DNA from: Sphingobacteriales bacterium
Lineage (GTDB): Bacteria; Bacteroidota; Bacteroidia; Sphingobacteriales; Sphingobacteriaceae
Direction: 5' to 3'
DNA: 64,000 nucleotides
Assembly (NCBI GenBank): GCA_040403555.1
Contig: JBBAKN010000004.1
Location: 173,495 to 237,494, forward strand
Position numbers and translations under genes: made by a program. The notes under the pieces were generated by a model. The model was not told where the DNA came from and did not search any database. It saw only the letters and a list, made by a program, of their open reading frames with translations. Shown here piece by piece: positions 40,351-51,800 of this stretch (within the stretch, counting starts at the first letter, position 1; the number at the start of each line of letters is the position of its first letter).

Positions 40351-41139
40351 ATGAGTTTGGTAAGAGCCAAGAAACAATTAGGACAACACTTTTTAACCGA
40401 CAAAAATATTGCCGAGAAAATTGTGAACAGTTTGCAGCTGTCCGAAACGGTAAAACACGTGTTGGAGGTGGGGCCAGGTATGGGCATTTTATCCGATTTT
40501 TTATTTCAACAGAAAGCCTTTGAAACGTATTTAATTGATATAGATACGGAATCTATTGCCTTTTTACACAAAAAATACCCCGAAGCCGGCAGTCGAATTA
40601 TTTCTGGAGATTTTTTACACTATGATTTTTCTACTATTACCGAGGGCCCAATAGCCATTATTGGAAATTTCCCCTATAATATATCGTCACAAATTTTGTT
40701 TAAAATATTGGAGAATAGGCAGCAAGTACAGCAAGTGGTTGGCATGTTTCAGAAAGAAGTGGCCGAACGCTGTGCCGCCAAAGCCGGCAGCAAAGTGTAC
40801 GGCATTTTAAGTGTGTTTTTGCAGGCCTATTATACTGTAGAGTATTTATTTACGGTGAAAGCTGGGGTGTTTAATCCGCCGCCCAAAGTATTATCGGCAG
40901 TCATCCGCCTTATTAGAAACGAGGTGAGTGCTTTGGATTGTGACGAACAGCTTTTTTGGAAAGTGGTAAAAGCCGGCTTTAACCAACGCCGCAAAACCTT
41001 GCGAAATGCCCTATCGGGTATTGTTGCCAAAGATAAATTGGCTGCCGATGAACCTTTGCTAGAATTGAGAGCAGAGCGTTTAACCGTAGCCGATTTTGTA
41101 TTTTTAACCCAGTTAATTCAAGCAGCCAATGCCCACTAA
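40351..41139 (+). CDS. rsmA: 16S rRNA (adenine1518/1519-N6)-dimethyltransferase
   Basis: ATG at 40351; the track ORF's 66-codon 5' extension overlaps pdxA. Contains KKQLGQHFL, VLEVGPGMGILS and IGNFPYNISSQI. Confidence 0.9.
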   Translation: MSLVRAKKQLGQHFLTDKNIAEKIVNSLQLSETVKHVLEVGPGMGILSDFLFQQKAFETYLIDIDTESIAFLHKKYPEAGSRIISGDFLHYDFSTITEGPIAIIGNFPYNISSQILFKILENRQQVQQVVGMFQKEVAERCAAKAGSKVYGILSVFLQAYYTVEYLFTVKAGVFNPPPKVLSAVIRLIRNEVSALDCDEQLFWKVVKAGFNQRRKTLRNALSGIVAKDKLAADEPLLELRAERLTVADFVFLTQLIQAANAH

Positions 41140-42061
41140 ACGTTTGTTACTAGTTGATGATTTGCATCCGCTTTTTAAGCAAGAAGCTGAAGCCTTGGGC
41201 TATGTGGTAATTGATGAACCTTTGTTTACTCGTGAACAAACCCTAGCTTCTATTAAAGAATATGAAGGCTTGGCCATTCGTACTAAATTTCAGGTAGATC
41301 GGGAAATACTAGATGCTGCCCCAAACTTAAAATGGATTGCACGTGCCGGTGCCGGAATGGATAATATAGATGAGGCTTATGCGAAAGCTAAAGGCATTCA
41401 ATGCATCAATGCCCCCGAGGGCAATGCCGATTCCGTGGGCGAACATGCCGCGGGTATGTTATTGGCTCTACTAAATAAGTTTCGCCAAGCCGATATGCAG
41501 GTTCGAAATGGCATTTGGGATAGAGAAGCTAACCGAGGCTGGGAGTTGAAAGGCCGCACCGTAGGCATTATTGGCTACGGGCATATGGGCCAATCTTTTG
41601 CGCAAAAATTACAGGGTTTTGGTGTACAAGTTATTGCTTACGATAAATATAAAACGGGTTTTTCGGATGCTTTTGCCAAAGAGGTAAGCATGGAGGAAAT
41701 AGTAAAACACAGCGATGTACTTAGTTTACATGTACCACTTACCCGAGAGACGAAACATTTGGTAAATCAAGAATATTTCCATCATTTCCGCAAACCTATC
41801 TTCTTATTAAATACGGCTAGAGGCGAAGTAGTAGATACGCTTGCGCTTGTACAGGCGTTAAAAGAAGGTAAGGTGTTAGGTGCAGGTTTAGATGTTTTAG
41901 AAAACGAAAAATTTCCCGCATTGGGAGAAGAGGTTTGGTACTCTGAATTACTGGTCCAAAGTAATGTACTCTTAAGTCCGCATGTGGCTGGTTGGACCCA
42001 AGAGTCCTACCGCAAATTATCGGAAGTATTGGCACAGAAGTTAAAAAATTTGCAAATCTAA
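41129..42061 (+). CDS. D-isomer-specific 2-hydroxyacid dehydrogenase family protein (SerA/PdxB-like)
   Basis: Contains the NAD-binding motif VGIIGYGHMGQSFAQKL, plus NTARGEVVD and SPHVAGWT. Confidence 0.75.
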   Translation: MPTKRLLLVDDLHPLFKQEAEALGYVVIDEPLFTREQTLASIKEYEGLAIRTKFQVDREILDAAPNLKWIARAGAGMDNIDEAYAKAKGIQCINAPEGNADSVGEHAAGMLLALLNKFRQADMQVRNGIWDREANRGWELKGRTVGIIGYGHMGQSFAQKLQGFGVQVIAYDKYKTGFSDAFAKEVSMEEIVKHSDVLSLHVPLTRETKHLVNQEYFHHFRKPIFLLNTARGEVVDTLALVQALKEGKVLGAGLDVLENEKFPALGEEVWYSELLVQSNVLLSPHVAGWTQESYRKLSEVLAQKLKNLQI

Positions 42062-42088
42062 GTAGCTAACTTTATCTTCGTACATACC

Positions 42089-42132
42089 AAACAAGACTAT
42101 ATCGGCCCTGTCGACATAGTCTTGTTTGTTTT
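42089..42132 (+). terminator. Intrinsic terminator after the dehydrogenase gene
   Basis: A 12-bp stem, aaacaagactat (42089-42100) with atagtcttgttt (42116-42127), followed by gtttt. Confidence 0.7.
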
Positions 42133-42157
42133 ATATACAAATCCTAATAACAAAGTA

Positions 42158-42631
42158 ATGGCAGAGATTACGTATTATACCAAAGAAGGTATAGAAAAGC
42201 TGAAACAAGAATTACACGAATTGTGCACAGAAGGCCGTGCGCAAATTGCAAAAGCTATAGCCGAAGCTAGAGATAAGGGCGATTTATCTGAAAATGCCGA
42301 ATACGACGCCGCTAAAGAAGCGCAAGGCCACCACGAAAGCAAAATTTCGAAACTAAAAAATGTATTGGCTAATGCTCGTATTATCGATGAATCGAAATTA
42401 GATACATCTAAAGTATTGGCCCTATCTATTGTGAAAATAAAAAATACCACCAACGGTTCCGAAATGACTTATCAATTGGTTCCGGAAAGTGAAGCGGATT
42501 TAAAAACGGGTAAAATATCTATAAAATCACCCATTGCTCAGGGTTTATTGGGTAAATCTGTTGGCGATAAAGTTGAAGTAAGCATTCCGGCCGGAAAAGT
42601 AACATTCGAGATTATAGAAATTAGCCGTTAA
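42158..42631 (+). CDS. greA: Transcription elongation factor GreA
   Basis: ATG at 42158. Contains YYTKEGIEKLKQEL...ARDKGDLSENAEYDAAKEAQ, and a C-terminal FKBP-like domain. Confidence 0.9.
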   Translation: MAEITYYTKEGIEKLKQELHELCTEGRAQIAKAIAEARDKGDLSENAEYDAAKEAQGHHESKISKLKNVLANARIIDESKLDTSKVLALSIVKIKNTTNGSEMTYQLVPESEADLKTGKISIKSPIAQGLLGKSVGDKVEVSIPAGKVTFEIIEISR

Positions 42632-42632
42632 T

Positions 42633-43025
42633 ATGAGCATTTTTTCAAAAATAATTTCGGGAGAAATTCCAGCACATAAAGTAGCAGAAACTTTCGATTT
42701 TTTAGCTTTTTTAGATATTAACCCCTTAGTGGAGGGCCATGTTTTAGTAATCCCTAAAAAGGAAGTGGATTATATTTTTGATATCGACGATGAAACCTAT
42801 GCCGGGTTGATGATTTTTTCCAAAATTGTAGCTGAAGGCGTAAAAAAAGCTATTCCTTGCAAAAAAGTGGGTGTATCGGTTATTGGCTTAGAAGTACCGC
42901 ATGCGCACGTACATTTAATTCCGATAAATGCGGTAAGCGATATGAATTTTAGCCGCGAAAAACTAAGCCCAAGTGCTGAACAGCTAGCCGAAACTGCTCA
43001 AAAAATTAGGGCAGCACTTAGCTAA
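42633..43025 (+). CDS. HIT family hydrolase
   Basis: 130 aa. Contains IFSKIISGEIPA and the histidine triad HAHVHLIP. Confidence 0.88.
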   Translation: MSIFSKIISGEIPAHKVAETFDFLAFLDINPLVEGHVLVIPKKEVDYIFDIDDETYAGLMIFSKIVAEGVKKAIPCKKVGVSVIGLEVPHAHVHLIPINAVSDMNFSREKLSPSAEQLAETAQKIRAALS

Positions 43026-43584
43026 TTCGCTTTTCGTTGGCTTTGGCAAAAGCCGCCCAGCCCGAATAACTTTTCCCGCTGTCGCCAGCATCATTTCGCT
43101 GAAACGAATGGCAAACGGCTACAGCCAAACCATCGGTGGCATCTAAAAATTCTGGCTGTTCTGTAAATTTTAACAAGTTTTTAAGCATGGCCGCTACTTG
43201 TTCCTTGCTGGCATTTCCGTTTCCGGTAATGGCTTGTTTTATTTTACGGGGCGCATACTCAATAATGGCTAAATCGCGGGCCAAGCCGGCCGCCATGGCC
43301 ACGCCTTGGGCTCGGCCTAATTTTAGCATCACCTGTACGTTTTTGCCATAAAAAGGAGCTTCAATAGCTAAGCAATCGGGGTGATATTCGTCAATAATGG
43401 CCAAGGTGCGCTCAAAAATGCGTTGCAATTTCAGCGGCTGGTCCGATAAATCGTCTAAGCGGATAACCCCCATGGTAAGCAACTCCATGTTCGATTTCAC
43501 CTCCTTAATAAGTCCATAGCCCAAAATGTTGGTGCCGGGGTCAATGCCTAAAATAATGCGTTCTTTAGCCGCTGTTTTGCTCAT
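43018..43584 (-). CDS. ruvC: Crossover junction endodeoxyribonuclease RuvC
   Basis: Contains [14 protein letters not shown], and the C-terminal [12 protein letters not shown]. The start is probably the ATG at 43584. Confidence 0.9.
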   Translation of the reverse strand: MSKTAAKERIILGIDPGTNILGYGLIKEVKSNMELLTMGVIRLDDLSDQPLKLQRIFERTLAIIDEYHPDCLAIEAPFYGKNVQVMLKLGRAQGVAMAAGLARDLAIIEYAPRKIKQAITGNGNASKEQVAAMLKNLLKFTEQPEFLDATDGLAVAVCHSFQRNDAGDSGKSYSGWAAFAKANEKRIS

Positions 43585-43651
43585 TAGCACAATAATACCC
43601 ATTTTGTGGCTAAAACAATCTCCTTGGCTAATTTTTTTCTATCTTCAAGCG

Positions 43652-44251
43652 ATGCTTTTAGCCTACCACCAAGAGAAGTTATTAGAAGCCGGTTGCGATG
43701 AGGCCGGCCGTGGCTGCTTGGCCGGCCCGGTGTTTGCTGCAGCTGTTATTTTGCCTAAAAATTTCGAACATCCTTTACTCACCGATTCCAAACAATTAAA
43801 CGATAAACAACGCTTCGAGTTGCGCAACGTGGTGGAAGAAGAGGCTTTAGCTTTTGCTGTGGCTCAGGTAGATCATGCGGAAATTGATAAGATTAATATT
43901 TTGCAAGCCTCTATTTTGGCCATGCACCGAGCATTAGATCAACTTACCTTACGCCCCGAATTTATTTTGGTAGATGGAAATCGATTTAAGAAATACCAAC
44001 AAATTCCGCACGAATGTATGGTGAAAGGCGATGGGCGTTATTTCTCCATCGCGGCAGCCTCTGTTTTAGCTAAAACCTACCGCGATGAGTATATGGATAA
44101 ACTGGCTGTTGAATTTCCGCAATACGATTGGCTCAATAATAAAGGCTATCCAACCGTTAAACATCGCGAAGCCGTTTTAAAACATGGTTTTTCTCCCTAC
44201 CACCGCCGAACTTTTAAGGTGTCTGATCCGCAGTTGTCTATTTTTAGCTAA
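43652..44251 (+). CDS. rnhB: Ribonuclease HII
   Basis: ATG at 43652; the track ORF's 5' extension overlaps ruvC. Contains [25 protein letters not shown] and VDGN. Confidence 0.9.
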   Translation: MLLAYHQEKLLEAGCDEAGRGCLAGPVFAAAVILPKNFEHPLLTDSKQLNDKQRFELRNVVEEEALAFAVAQVDHAEIDKINILQASILAMHRALDQLTLRPEFILVDGNRFKKYQQIPHECMVKGDGRYFSIAAASVLAKTYRDEYMDKLAVEFPQYDWLNNKGYPTVKHREAVLKHGFSPYHRRTFKVSDPQLSIFS

Positions 44252-44293
44252 GGCTTCATTGCTTTTTCGTATTTTCGCACAAATTTATCGCTC

Positions 44294-45376
44294 ATGAATA
44301 ACACCGCTTTAACCAATACCCACATTGCTTTAGGTGCCAAAATGGTTCCTTTTGCCGGATATAATATGCCTGTACAATATGTGGGCATTAACGCTGAACA
44401 CGAAACCGTGCGCAAAGCCGTAGGCGTATTTGATGTAAGCCATATGGGCGAATTTATTTTAAAAGGCGAAGGCGCATTGGATTTGATACAAAAAGTATGT
44501 TCTAACGATGCCTCTAAATTATACGATGGTAAGGTGCAGTATGCTTGCTTACCCAATGAACAAGGCGGCATTGTAGACGATTTATTGGTGTACCGCATGT
44601 ATGAAAAAACCTATATGTTGGTGGTAAATGCGTCTAACATTGAAAAAGATTGGGATTGGATTTCGAAATTTAACAGCTACGGTGTAGATATGAAAAACAT
44701 TTCTGACCGTACTTCTTTGTTGGCTGTGCAGGGCCCCAAGGCAGCTCAAGCATTACAATCATTAACCCATACCGATTTAGCGGCCATGGAATATTACACC
44801 TTTGTGAAAGGCACTTTTGCCGGCATAGATAATGTTGTCATCTCGGCAACGGGTTATACTGGTGCCGGCGGCTTTGAATTGTATTTTGATAACGAGCATG
44901 CCGATAAAATTTGGAAAGCCATTTTTGAAGCAGGGGCTCCCTTTGGCATTCAGCCTATTGGCCTAGGCGCTCGTGATACCTTGCGTTTAGAAATGGGTTT
45001 CTGCTTATATGGAAATGATATTGACGATACGACCTCTCCATTAGAAGCTGGGTTAGGTTGGATTACGAAATTCACCAAAGATTTTGTGAATTCGAGCAAT
45101 TTAGCTGCTCAAAAAGAAGCCGGATTAAACAAGAAATTGGTAGGCTTTGAAATGATAGACCGAGGCATTCCTCGTCACGATTATGAAATTTGCGATGCCA
45201 ACGGAACCGTTATTGGTAAAGTAACTTCTGGAACGCAATCGCCCTCTTTACAAAAAGCCATTGGCTTGGGCTATGTGCAAAGCGATTTTGCGAAAGAAGA
45301 CACTGAAATCTTCATCAACATTCGCGAAAATTTGGTGAAAGCACAAGTCGTAAAGTTCCCATTTTACAAAGGCTAA
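44294..45376 (+). CDS. gcvT: Glycine cleavage system aminomethyltransferase T
   Basis: 360 aa. Contains [35 protein letters not shown] and [11 protein letters not shown]. Confidence 0.95.
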   Translation: MNNTALTNTHIALGAKMVPFAGYNMPVQYVGINAEHETVRKAVGVFDVSHMGEFILKGEGALDLIQKVCSNDASKLYDGKVQYACLPNEQGGIVDDLLVYRMYEKTYMLVVNASNIEKDWDWISKFNSYGVDMKNISDRTSLLAVQGPKAAQALQSLTHTDLAAMEYYTFVKGTFAGIDNVVISATGYTGAGGFELYFDNEHADKIWKAIFEAGAPFGIQPIGLGARDTLRLEMGFCLYGNDIDDTTSPLEAGLGWITKFTKDFVNSSNLAAQKEAGLNKKLVGFEMIDRGIPRHDYEICDANGTVIGKVTSGTQSPSLQKAIGLGYVQSDFAKEDTEIFINIRENLVKAQVVKFPFYKG

Positions 45377-45385
45377 AACACCGGC

Positions 45386-46099
45386 ATGCAGCAACGAAAA
45401 TTAGAAGTTTGCCTTAGCCCGGCGCTATTACATGTACACGATATCCGCGAAAGCATTGTGGTGGTTATTGATATTTTCAGAGCCACCTCATCTATGTGCT
45501 ATGGCCTAGCCAACGGTGCCGAAGCCATCATCCCAGTTTCCTCGGTAGAGTCTTGCCGTTCGTATGAAGACACCAATTATTTATTGGCTGCCGAGCGCAA
45601 TGGCGAAGTGGTGGCCGGTTTCGATTTTGGCAATTCGCCATTTTCCTATACCGCCGAAAAAGTAGCTGGTAAAACCATTGTGCTCACCACCACCAACGGC
45701 ACCCATGCCATTAACGAAAGTCGCGAAGCAAAGAAAGTGGTGATTGGTTCTTTTTTAAACTTAGGTGCGTTGAGTACCTGGTTAAAAACACAACCTCACG
45801 ATGTATTATTACTCTGTGCCGGTTGGAAAAATAAGGTGAATTTAGAAGATAGTTTATTTGCCGGGGCGCTAGCCTTTCACCTAAAAAATGAAGCCTATAA
45901 ATTAGATGATGCGGCTATTTTAGTAGCTGATTTGTACGGGTTAGCCAAAGGTGATTTAAACGAGTTTATGAAAAAAACCTCCCACAGCGAACGCCTAAAA
46001 GAACTAAATATTGAGCCCGATATTGCCTTTTGCTTACAAACCGATGTGGTGGATACTATACCGGTATTGGATGGCGACCGCTTGGTGAAATTGGTTTAA
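45386..46099 (+). CDS. comB: 2-phosphosulfolactate phosphatase (ComB) family protein
   Basis: 237 aa. Contains VVIDIFRATSS, TTTNGT and CAG, features I associate with the ComB family. Confidence 0.65.
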   Translation: MQQRKLEVCLSPALLHVHDIRESIVVVIDIFRATSSMCYGLANGAEAIIPVSSVESCRSYEDTNYLLAAERNGEVVAGFDFGNSPFSYTAEKVAGKTIVLTTTNGTHAINESREAKKVVIGSFLNLGALSTWLKTQPHDVLLLCAGWKNKVNLEDSLFAGALAFHLKNEAYKLDDAAILVADLYGLAKGDLNEFMKKTSHSERLKELNIEPDIAFCLQTDVVDTIPVLDGDRLVKLV

Positions 46100-46425
46100 G
46101 GTTTCAGCTTTTCGTTATCCTGATGCCGAGTGGCATCTCTCTTCGTTTTTTTCTCCAAATTTTGTTGTAGTGCTTCGGTGAGATTCACACCCGTTTGGTT
46201 GGCCAAACAAATGAGCACAAACAATACATCGGCCAATTCATCGCCTAATTTCAGTTCCTCTTCTGCATTTTTAAACGATTGTTCGCCATATTTTCGGGCC
46301 ATAATGCGGGCCACTTCGCCCACCTCTTCCATTAAAATGGCGGTATTAGTGAGTTCATTAAAATACCTCACGCCGGTCGTTTTAATCCATTGATCTACGG
46401 TGGCTTGTGCTTCTTCTAGGGTCAT
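46096..46425 (-). CDS. MazG-like nucleotide pyrophosphohydrolase domain protein
   Basis: 109 aa. Contains LMEEVGEVARIMARKYGEQSFK and ELADVLFVLICLAN (EExxE...D motifs). Confidence 0.75.
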   Translation of the reverse strand: MTLEEAQATVDQWIKTTGVRYFNELTNTAILMEEVGEVARIMARKYGEQSFKNAEEELKLGDELADVLFVLICLANQTGVNLTEALQQNLEKKTKRDATRHQDNEKLKP

Positions 46426-46427
46426 GT

Positions 46428-46880
46428 TTATTCTTTGTTTTTGGTATCCATTACAATGGTTACTGGTCCATCGTTTAGCAAATTAATTTTCATATCGGCT
46501 CCAAAAATGCCCGTTTCCACTTTTGAATTGCATTGTTTTTCCAATTCCGTTTTCATGAATTCATACAAAGGAATGGCTTTCTCTGGTCGGGCGGCACGAG
46601 TAAAGCCCGGGCGATTGCCTTTTTTGGTTTGCGCAAAAAGTGTAAACTGAGATATGAGCAAAATGCGCCCATGGATATCGGCTAGGCCCAAGTTCATTAG
46701 GCCCTGTTCATCATCAAACACTCTCATATTAGCTATTTTCTGAGCCAACCAAATGGCATCTTCGGCGGTATCGGCATCTTCAATGCCTAGTAATACTAAA
46801 AATCCGGCCTCAATTTGCCCGGTAATGGTTCCCTCTACGGTGCAAGAGGCGTGGCTTACTCGTTGAATTACTGCTCTCAT
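46428..46880 (-). CDS. dtd: D-aminoacyl-tRNA deacylase
   Basis: Contains MRAVIQRV, SQFTLFA and NDGPVT. 150 aa. Confidence 0.92.
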   Translation of the reverse strand: MRAVIQRVSHASCTVEGTITGQIEAGFLVLLGIEDADTAEDAIWLAQKIANMRVFDDEQGLMNLGLADIHGRILLISQFTLFAQTKKGNRPGFTRAARPEKAIPLYEFMKTELEKQCNSKVETGIFGADMKINLLNDGPVTIVMDTKNKE

Positions 46881-47801
46881 TTATACTCGGGTTTCGTTTC
46901 CGTGGTACATGCTTAAATAACTATCGTATCGGCTTGGCTCTATTTCGCCCGCTTCTAAGGCTTTCAGTACCGCACAGCTGGGTTCGTTAATATGTTGGCA
47001 ATTGTGAAATTTACAATTGCTCATTCGAGATCTAAATTCGGGGAATAAACGACCTAGTTCTTGGGGTAAAAGGTCAAATACGCCCAATTCCCGAATGCCG
47101 GGGGTATCAATTAAAAAACCACCAAATGGCAGCGGATGCATTTCGGCGAAGGTGGTGGTATGTTGGCCTTTATCGCTCCAATCAGATATGGCGCCCGTTT
47201 TTACATCGGCATCTGGCAACAAGGCATTGATTAAGGTTGATTTTCCTACGCCCGAGTGTCCGCTAATGAGGCTCACTTTATCTTTGAGTAGGGCTTGTAT
47301 TTGGCTAATGTTGGTTCCTTCTAGCGCCGAAACTTCGTAGCACGCATAGCCCAATTGGGTATAAATTTGCTTGTATGCTGCTAAAATTTCTAAGCCTTCA
47401 TCACTAAATAAATCGAGTTTATTAAAAATGATTTTTGCCGGGACTTCATAGGCTTCGGCAGTAACCAAAAAGCGATCGATAAAGCCCAAAGAAGTTCGGG
47501 GAGAGGCTAGAGTAACCACTAAAAATGCCTGATCGAGGTTGGCTGCAATAATTTGTGCTTGTTTAGAAAGGTTTACCGATTTGCGAATGATGTAGTTTTT
47601 GCGTTCGTGTAACTGGGTAATGATGCCCGTTTCTTGGTCGGGTTCGAGCTCCATGTCTACCCAGTCGCCTACGGCAATGGGGTTGGTGGTTTTAATCCCT
47701 TTTAAACGAAATTTTCCTTGAATGCGACACGCCACAATACCTCCAGATTCGGTTTGAATTTGGTACCAGCTTCCGGTTGATTTAATGACGAGTCCTTTCA
47801 C
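46881..47801 (-). CDS. rsgA: Ribosome small-subunit-dependent GTPase A
   Basis: GTG start. OB-fold N-terminus, then a circularly permuted GTPase (NKLDL...SGHSGVGKSTLINAL) and the zinc motif CKFHNCQHINEPSCAV. Confidence 0.9.
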   Translation of the reverse strand: MKGLVIKSTGSWYQIQTESGGIVACRIQGKFRLKGIKTTNPIAVGDWVDMELEPDQETGIITQLHERKNYIIRKSVNLSKQAQIIAANLDQAFLVVTLASPRTSLGFIDRFLVTAEAYEVPAKIIFNKLDLFSDEGLEILAAYKQIYTQLGYACYEVSALEGTNISQIQALLKDKVSLISGHSGVGKSTLINALLPDADVKTGAISDWSDKGQHTTTFAEMHPLPFGGFLIDTPGIRELGVFDLLPQELGRLFPEFRSRMSNCKFHNCQHINEPSCAVLKALEAGEIEPSRYDSYLSMYHGNETRV

Positions 47802-47854
47802 AATGCTATTTCAACAAAAATACGAAAACAAGCGGCTCTGTACCTATTCGGATT

Positions 47855-48811
47855 TTAAAATATAGCCTCGGCAATTTTTTTGGTTGGTCCCGGGTTACTC
47901 ATGGTGTAAAAATGAAGTACTGGAGCGCCAATTTTTACCAATTCTTTACCCTGATGAATCATCCACTCTATACCCACTTCTTTCACTTCTGCTTCCGATT
48001 TACAGCTACTCACCGCCTCACTCAAGGCTTCGGGTACATCAATGTGAAAGAGCTTGGGTAGGCTCACCAATTGTTTAGAGGAAGTGATGGGTTTTAGGCC
48101 TGGAATAATAGGCACATGAATGTCGTTTTTGCGGCATTGCTCTACAAAGTCGATGTATTTTTGTACGTCATAAAACATCTGGGTCACAATAAAATCGGCA
48201 CCCAGATCTACTTTCTTTTTTAGGTATTTAAAATCGGTTTTCAGGTTCGGCGATTCGAAATGTTTCTCGGGATAGCCGGCAACACCTATACAAAAATCTG
48301 TTTTAAAAGTATCGTCGTGTTCTTGATGGAGGTATTTACCCTGATTCATTTGAGTTACTTGTTTTAATAATCCACTGGCATAGGCATGTCCGCCGGGTGT
48401 TGGCACGAAAGTGGCATCGGCTTTGCGGGCATCGCCACGCAATACCAACACATTATCAATGCCCAAAAACTGCAAATCGATGAGCGCATTTTCGGTTTCC
48501 TCTTTAGTAAAACCACCGCAAATAAGGTGCGGTACCGCATCTACTTTATAGCGGTTCATAATGGCCGCACAAATGGCTACGGTGCCTGGACGTTTGCGGT
48601 ACGAAACCTTTTCCAATAAGCCGTCTTCCCGTTCTTTGTAAATATAATCTTCGCGGTGATAGGTTACATCAATAAAGGGAGGGTTAAACTCCATGAGTGG
48701 ATCAATGGCATCGTAAATTCCTTTAATGCTATTTCCCTTTACCGGGGGTAGCAGCTCGAAAGAGAATAAGGTTTTACCCTTGGCATTTTTAATATGTTCG
48801 GTAATTTTCAT
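47855..48811 (-). CDS. metF: 5,10-methylenetetrahydrofolate reductase
   Basis: 318 aa. Contains FSFELLPP, and a TIM-barrel MTHFR pattern (VLRGD...GYPEKH). It lies 3 nt downstream of metH. Confidence 0.9.
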   Translation of the reverse strand: MKITEHIKNAKGKTLFSFELLPPVKGNSIKGIYDAIDPLMEFNPPFIDVTYHREDYIYKEREDGLLEKVSYRKRPGTVAICAAIMNRYKVDAVPHLICGGFTKEETENALIDLQFLGIDNVLVLRGDARKADATFVPTPGGHAYASGLLKQVTQMNQGKYLHQEHDDTFKTDFCIGVAGYPEKHFESPNLKTDFKYLKKKVDLGADFIVTQMFYDVQKYIDFVEQCRKNDIHVPIIPGLKPITSSKQLVSLPKLFHIDVPEALSEAVSSCKSEAEVKEVGIEWMIHQGKELVKIGAPVLHFYTMSNPGPTKKIAEAIF

Positions 48812-48814
48812 TTT

Positions 48815-51800
48815 TTAGTAGGCTAAATTTGGGCTAAGCCATTTTTCGGCTTCTTCTATGCTGCAGTTTTTTCTTTGAGCGTAATCATTCACTTGCTCTT
48901 TAGTTATTTTTCCCAAACCAAAATAACGAGCTTGTGGGTGGGCAAAATAATACCCACTTACCGCTGCTGTTGGATACATGGCTAGGCTTTCGGTGAGCGT
49001 AATGCCGGTATTTTTCTGCGTTTGTAATAAATTAAACAGCGTTGTTTTTTCTGAATGGTCTGGGCAAGCCGGGTAACCCGGTGCCGGCCGTATGCCTTGG
49101 TATTTTTCTTTTATTAAGGATTCTTTATCGAGACCTTCATTTGGTGTATAGCCCCAATATTGGGTGCGTACCAATTCGTGCATTTTTTCTGCAAAGGCTT
49201 CGGCTAGGCGGTCGGCTAAGGCCTTGGTCATAATGCTGTGGTAATCGTCTTGCTGTGCTTCAAATTCTTGGGCAAGCTCGTCGCAACCAAAACCGGTACT
49301 CACCGCAAAAGCACCTATGTAATCGGTTTTCTCACTAGTTTGTGGGGCTATAAAATCAGCTAAGCAATAGTAGGGTTCACCCGCAGGTTTTTCTGCTTGT
49401 TGGCGTAAAAAGTGCAGTTTTGTACCATCTCCTAAAAGCACATCGTCTCCTTGAGCATGTGCTTCCCAAAAACCAATGACGCCTTTTGCGCTGAAGCGTT
49501 TTTCTGCTACAATGCGTTTCAACAATTTTTGCGCATCGGCAAATAGGTTGGTGGCTTCTACACCCACCACCTCATCACTTAAAATTCGTGGATAGGCTCC
49601 TCTTAATTCCCAAGTATGGAAAAAGGGCGTCCAATCGATATAGGGCACGAGTTCTTCTAAATCGAAATTATCGAATACTTTGGTGCCTAAGAACGCAGGT
49701 TTGGTTGGCGTGTATTCTTCCCAATTGATAGTGGGCTTCCGTGCCCGGCTATCTGCCAAGGATGCATAATGCTTTTCTAATTGTTTTTGCAGATGTGTTT
49801 CTCGGCTTTGGGCATAGTCTGCTTTAAGCTCGGAAATGTAGCTATCTTTTTTATCGGCATTTAAGAGGGTGCTGCACACGCCTACACTCCGCGACGCATC
49901 GAGTACGTGCACACTGGCGCCCGAATAATTTGGCGCAATTTTTACCGCAGTATGAATGCGTGAAGTGGTTGCTCCGCCAATGAGCAGTGGCGTAGTTAAT
50001 CCCTCACGTTCCAATTCTTTGGCTACGTGCACCATCTCGTCGAGAGAAGGAGTGATGAGTCCACTTAATCCAATAATGTCTGCGTTTTCTTCTTTGGCCC
50101 GGCGAATAATTTCTTGTGTTGGTACCATTACACCAAGATCTACCACCTCGAAATTGTTGCAAGCTAATACTACCCCTACAATATTTTTGCCAATATCGTG
50201 TACATCGCCTTTCACGGTGGCCAACAATATCTTGCCGGCGGTGGTACGTGCCGATGTTTTTTCGGCTTCTAAATAGGGTTGTAAATAGGCCACTGCTTTT
50301 TTCATTACCCTAGCCGATTTTACCACTTGGGGTAAAAACATTTTGCCGGCTCCAAATAAATCACCTACGGTATTCATGCCGGCCATGAGTGGGCCTTCAA
50401 TGACTTCGAGTGGCTTGGTGTACTGTTGGCGGGCTTCTTCTACATCTTCTTCTAAATAATCGATAATGCCTTTGATGAGGGAGTGTGATAGGCGTTCGGC
50501 CACGGGATTTTTGCGCCATTCTTCATCTTTTACTATTGTCTTGCCTGCACCTTTTACATTTTCGGCAAATGCTACCAAGCGTTCGGTGGCGTCGGGCCTG
50601 CGGTTAAGCAATACATCTTCTACCAAGGCCAATAGGTCTTTTGGAATTTCTTCGTATACTTCTAACATGCCGGCATTCACAATGCCCATGTCTAAACCGG
50701 CTTTAATGGCATGGTATAAAAATGCCGAGTGCATAGCTTCACGAACAATGTTGTTTCCTCTAAAAGAAAAAGAAATGTTAGATACTCCACCACTTACCTT
50801 GGCCAGTGGGAGGTTTTGTTTGATCCAACGAGTGGCTTCAATAAAATCGACTGCGTAGTTATTGTGTTCTTCAAGCCCGGTGGCCACGGTCAGAATATTG
50901 GGATCAAAAATAATGTCTTGCGCCTTAAAGCCAACATCGTTTACTAAAATATCGTAAGAGCGTTTACAAATGTCTATACGACGCTGCAAGGAATCGGCTT
51001 GGCCTTTTTCGTCAAATGCCATAACCACTACGGCGGCTCCGTATTGTGCTATTTTTTTGGCTTGTGTTTTGAAATTTTCTTCGCCTTCTTTTAAGGAGAT
51101 GGAGTTGACAATACCCTTGCCTTGCAAACATTTTAAGCCGTTTTCAATCACGGTCCATTTCGATGAATCGACCATGATGGGAAGTTTGGCAATATCGGGT
51201 TCGGAGGCTAAAAGGTTTAGGAATTTGGTCATGGCCGCTTCAGAGTCGAGCATGCCTTCGTCCATGTTTACATCGATAATTTGTGCTCCACCTTCCACTT
51301 GTTGGCGGGCAACCGCTAGCGCCCCTTCGTAATCGCCACTTAAAATGAGTTTCGAAAATTTAGGTGAACCGGTAATATTGGTGCGTTCGCCAATGTTTAC
51401 AAAGTTGGTTTCGGGTGTTAGGTTGAGGGCCTCTAATCCGCTTAAGCGCAAATAAGGCTTGGGATTTGATGGAATGCGTGGGCTATATTTTTGTGCCTTT
51501 TCGGCGATGCATTTAATGTGTTCTGGAGTGGTGCCACAACAGCCACCTACAATGTTTACCCAGCCGCCGGCCATAAAATCTTCCACCAAATGAGCGGTTT
51601 GATGGGGTACTTCATCGTAGGCGCCAAATTCGTTTGGTAAACCTGCATTGGGGTAGGCCGAAATAAAGCAGGCTGATTTTTCGGATAATTCTTGAATATG
51701 CGGACGCATTTCTTTCGCTCCTAAAGCACAATTAAATCCTATACTCAATAAATTGGCATGGCCCAAAGAGTGTAAAAATGCTTCTACCCTTTGGCCTGAT

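Noticed and set aside
44248-44598. 116-aa ORF antisense to the 5' part of gcvT
   Set aside because: It is a shadow ORF overlapping a strongly conserved CDS.
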